This document shows positions 62,560 to 64,000 of a stretch of 64,000 nt of DNA, in pieces; within the stretch, counting starts at the first letter, position 1, and each line of letters begins with the position of its first letter. The DNA lies in the NCBI GenBank assembly GCA_965223905.1, contig CBDCXV010000011.1, positions 1,600,001-1,664,000 of the forward strand, given 5' to 3'. This DNA is from Candidatus Latescibacterota bacterium. GTDB taxonomy: Bacteria > Latescibacterota > UBA2968 > UBA8231. Below the pieces are notes generated by a model. It was not told the origin of the DNA, made no database searches, and saw only the letters and a list, made by a program, of their open reading frames with translations. A program made the translations under genes and the position numbers.

Positions 62560-64000
62560 TCGCACTGCGGAACCTGATGCGCGACAAGGTGGTGACCGGC
62601 ATCAACATCGTGGGCCTGTCGGTCGCCATCGCAGTCAGCGCAATACTTGGAATTGGCGTGCACGGCATGCTTGCCGCGGATTGGAACCTCCGCGAGGATG
62701 ACCGCCTCTTCCGTGTGGTCACCCGCGAGATCAGAGCTTCGGGTAATGTTCAACTCTCGGCCTGGCATCGCGAGGATCTCGCGCCAGCGCTGGCGGAAAC
62801 ATTTGCCGAGATCGCCAGCACCACGCGCGTCATCAAAACGTATATCCTGATGGAGGTCGGCGAGCGCCATCTCGAATACACAGTGGTCGAAGTTGATCCC
62901 CCGTTCCTGCAAATGTTCCACTACCCATTCGCGGCCGGTAATCCGGCCACGGCGCTGGATGGCCTCGACCAGGTCGTTATTTCCAAGCGGCTGGCCGAGC
63001 AGATGTTCGGGGATGAATTCAGGGACAACCCGGAACTCGTGGGCCGGCAGATCGTCCTGCACGGCAACGAGGGACCGGAGGCCTACACGGTCGCCGGTAT
63101 TTTAGCCGATCTGCCGAAACAGCGAAGCCTGGATTTTGACGCGGCGATCCGCTTTGAGAACCGGACCAGGTACGGCATGGCCAGTTACTGGGGCGCTACG
63201 GCTTCCACCTACATCGCGCTTCACCCTCTTGCCGAGCGGAAGGCGCTCGAAGCGAAGCTCCCGGATTTCTCCCGCGCGTTTATTGCCCCGGACTGGGAAC
63301 GCAACAAAGGCGTTCGCTGGAAGGACGATCCGGATGCCTTCCAACTCGAACTCCAGGACGCGCGGACGATCTACCTCGACTCCCAGGCCCAGACCTATTA
63401 CGGCTATGAAAAATTCCTGCCCATCGAGGGAATTCTCGCCTTCGTCGCCTTGATCGGCGTCATTCTGGCCGTTGCCTGCCTCAACTTCACGACCCTCGCC
63501 GTAGCGGGTTCCATCGGCCGGAGCGCGGAAGTGGGCGTCCGCAAGGCGCTCGGCGCCAACAAGGCGCAAATCGCCATGCAGTTTTTGGGGGAGGGCGTCC
63601 TGCTGGCCTTTTTCTCCCTGATCGCCGGACTGGTCTTGGTGCAGTTGGGGTTGCCCACCTTCAATGCGCAATTTGGGCTTGACGCCTGGTCCGGGCTGGC
63701 CCTCCACGACCTGGGCACCTCGATTATCGTCGGCGGAGGGGTCTTGTTGGTGGTTCTGATCGGCATCGCGGCGGGCAGCTATCCGGCCCTGATAGCGGCG
63801 CGCATGCAGCCCTGGTCTGTCGTCCGCGAGGCCGGGCCGTGGAGAAAAAGCAAAGTGACGGGTGCGCTCCTGACCTTGCAGTACGGCATGGCCCTCCTCC
63901 TGATCTTCTGCACCATCGCCATTCATCAGCAGTTGGCCTACATCCAGTCGCGGAATCTTGGACACGCGGCTGATCAGGTCGTCGTTGTCAAGCTTCGCGG
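62538..64000 (+). CDS. ABC transporter permease (MacB/FtsX type), runs off the window
   Basis: MLRSYVVIALRNLMRDKVVTGINIVGLS.., VACLNFTTL..R.AEVGVRKALGA, LQYG; not in the ORF track because no stop is reached. Confidence 0.88.
   Translation, partial: MLRSYVVIALRNLMRDKVVTGINIVGLSVAIAVSAILGIGVHGMLAADWNLREDDRLFRVVTREIRASGNVQLSAWHREDLAPALAETFAEIASTTRVIKTYILMEVGERHLEYTVVEVDPPFLQMFHYPFAAGNPATALDGLDQVVISKRLAEQMFGDEFRDNPELVGRQIVLHGNEGPEAYTVAGILADLPKQRSLDFDAAIRFENRTRYGMASYWGATASTYIALHPLAERKALEAKLPDFSRAFIAPDWERNKGVRWKDDPDAFQLELQDARTIYLDSQAQTYYGYEKFLPIEGILAFVALIGVILAVACLNFTTLAVAGSIGRSAEVGVRKALGANKAQIAMQFLGEGVLLAFFSLIAGLVLVQLGLPTFNAQFGLDAWSGLALHDLGTSIIVGGGVLLVVLIGIAAGSYPALIAARMQPWSVVREAGPWRKSKVTGALLTLQYGMALLLIFCTIAIHQQLAYIQSRNLGHAADQVVVVKLR

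Overview
High-GC bacterial window with dense coding. The gene content (FlgD-Ig/TPNGDG-tailed secreted proteins, SWGRIKA-tailed proteins, several PhyH dioxygenases, an ankyrin protein) suggests a Latescibacterota/Gemmatimonadota-like organism, possibly host-associated; this is inference only. Main blocks: (1) aldo/keto reductase, class III aminotransferase and XRE regulator (1-3.2 kb). (2) A 14-kb translationally coupled minus-strand operon with three secreted TPNGDG/FlgD-Ig proteins, two paralogous ~880-aa Asp-rich putative outer-membrane proteins and a PpiC-type lipoprotein chaperone. This is the best candidate for an undescribed export/surface-display system and is preceded by two decayed genes sharing a VESVSWGRIKAS tail. 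(3) A putative beta-barrel gene plus msrP without msrQ. (4) Sugar/organic-acid catabolic genes. (5) A complete IS1380-family element. (6) An ankyrin mosaic protein and several pseudogenes. (7) An NtrC/histidine-kinase pair split by a toxin-antitoxin cassette flanked by a duplicated NtrC 3' end, divergent from an expanded MacAB-like ABC exporter array with a sigma54-type promoter. No rRNA, tRNA or CRISPR array was seen. All product calls rest on motif recognition, not database searches.
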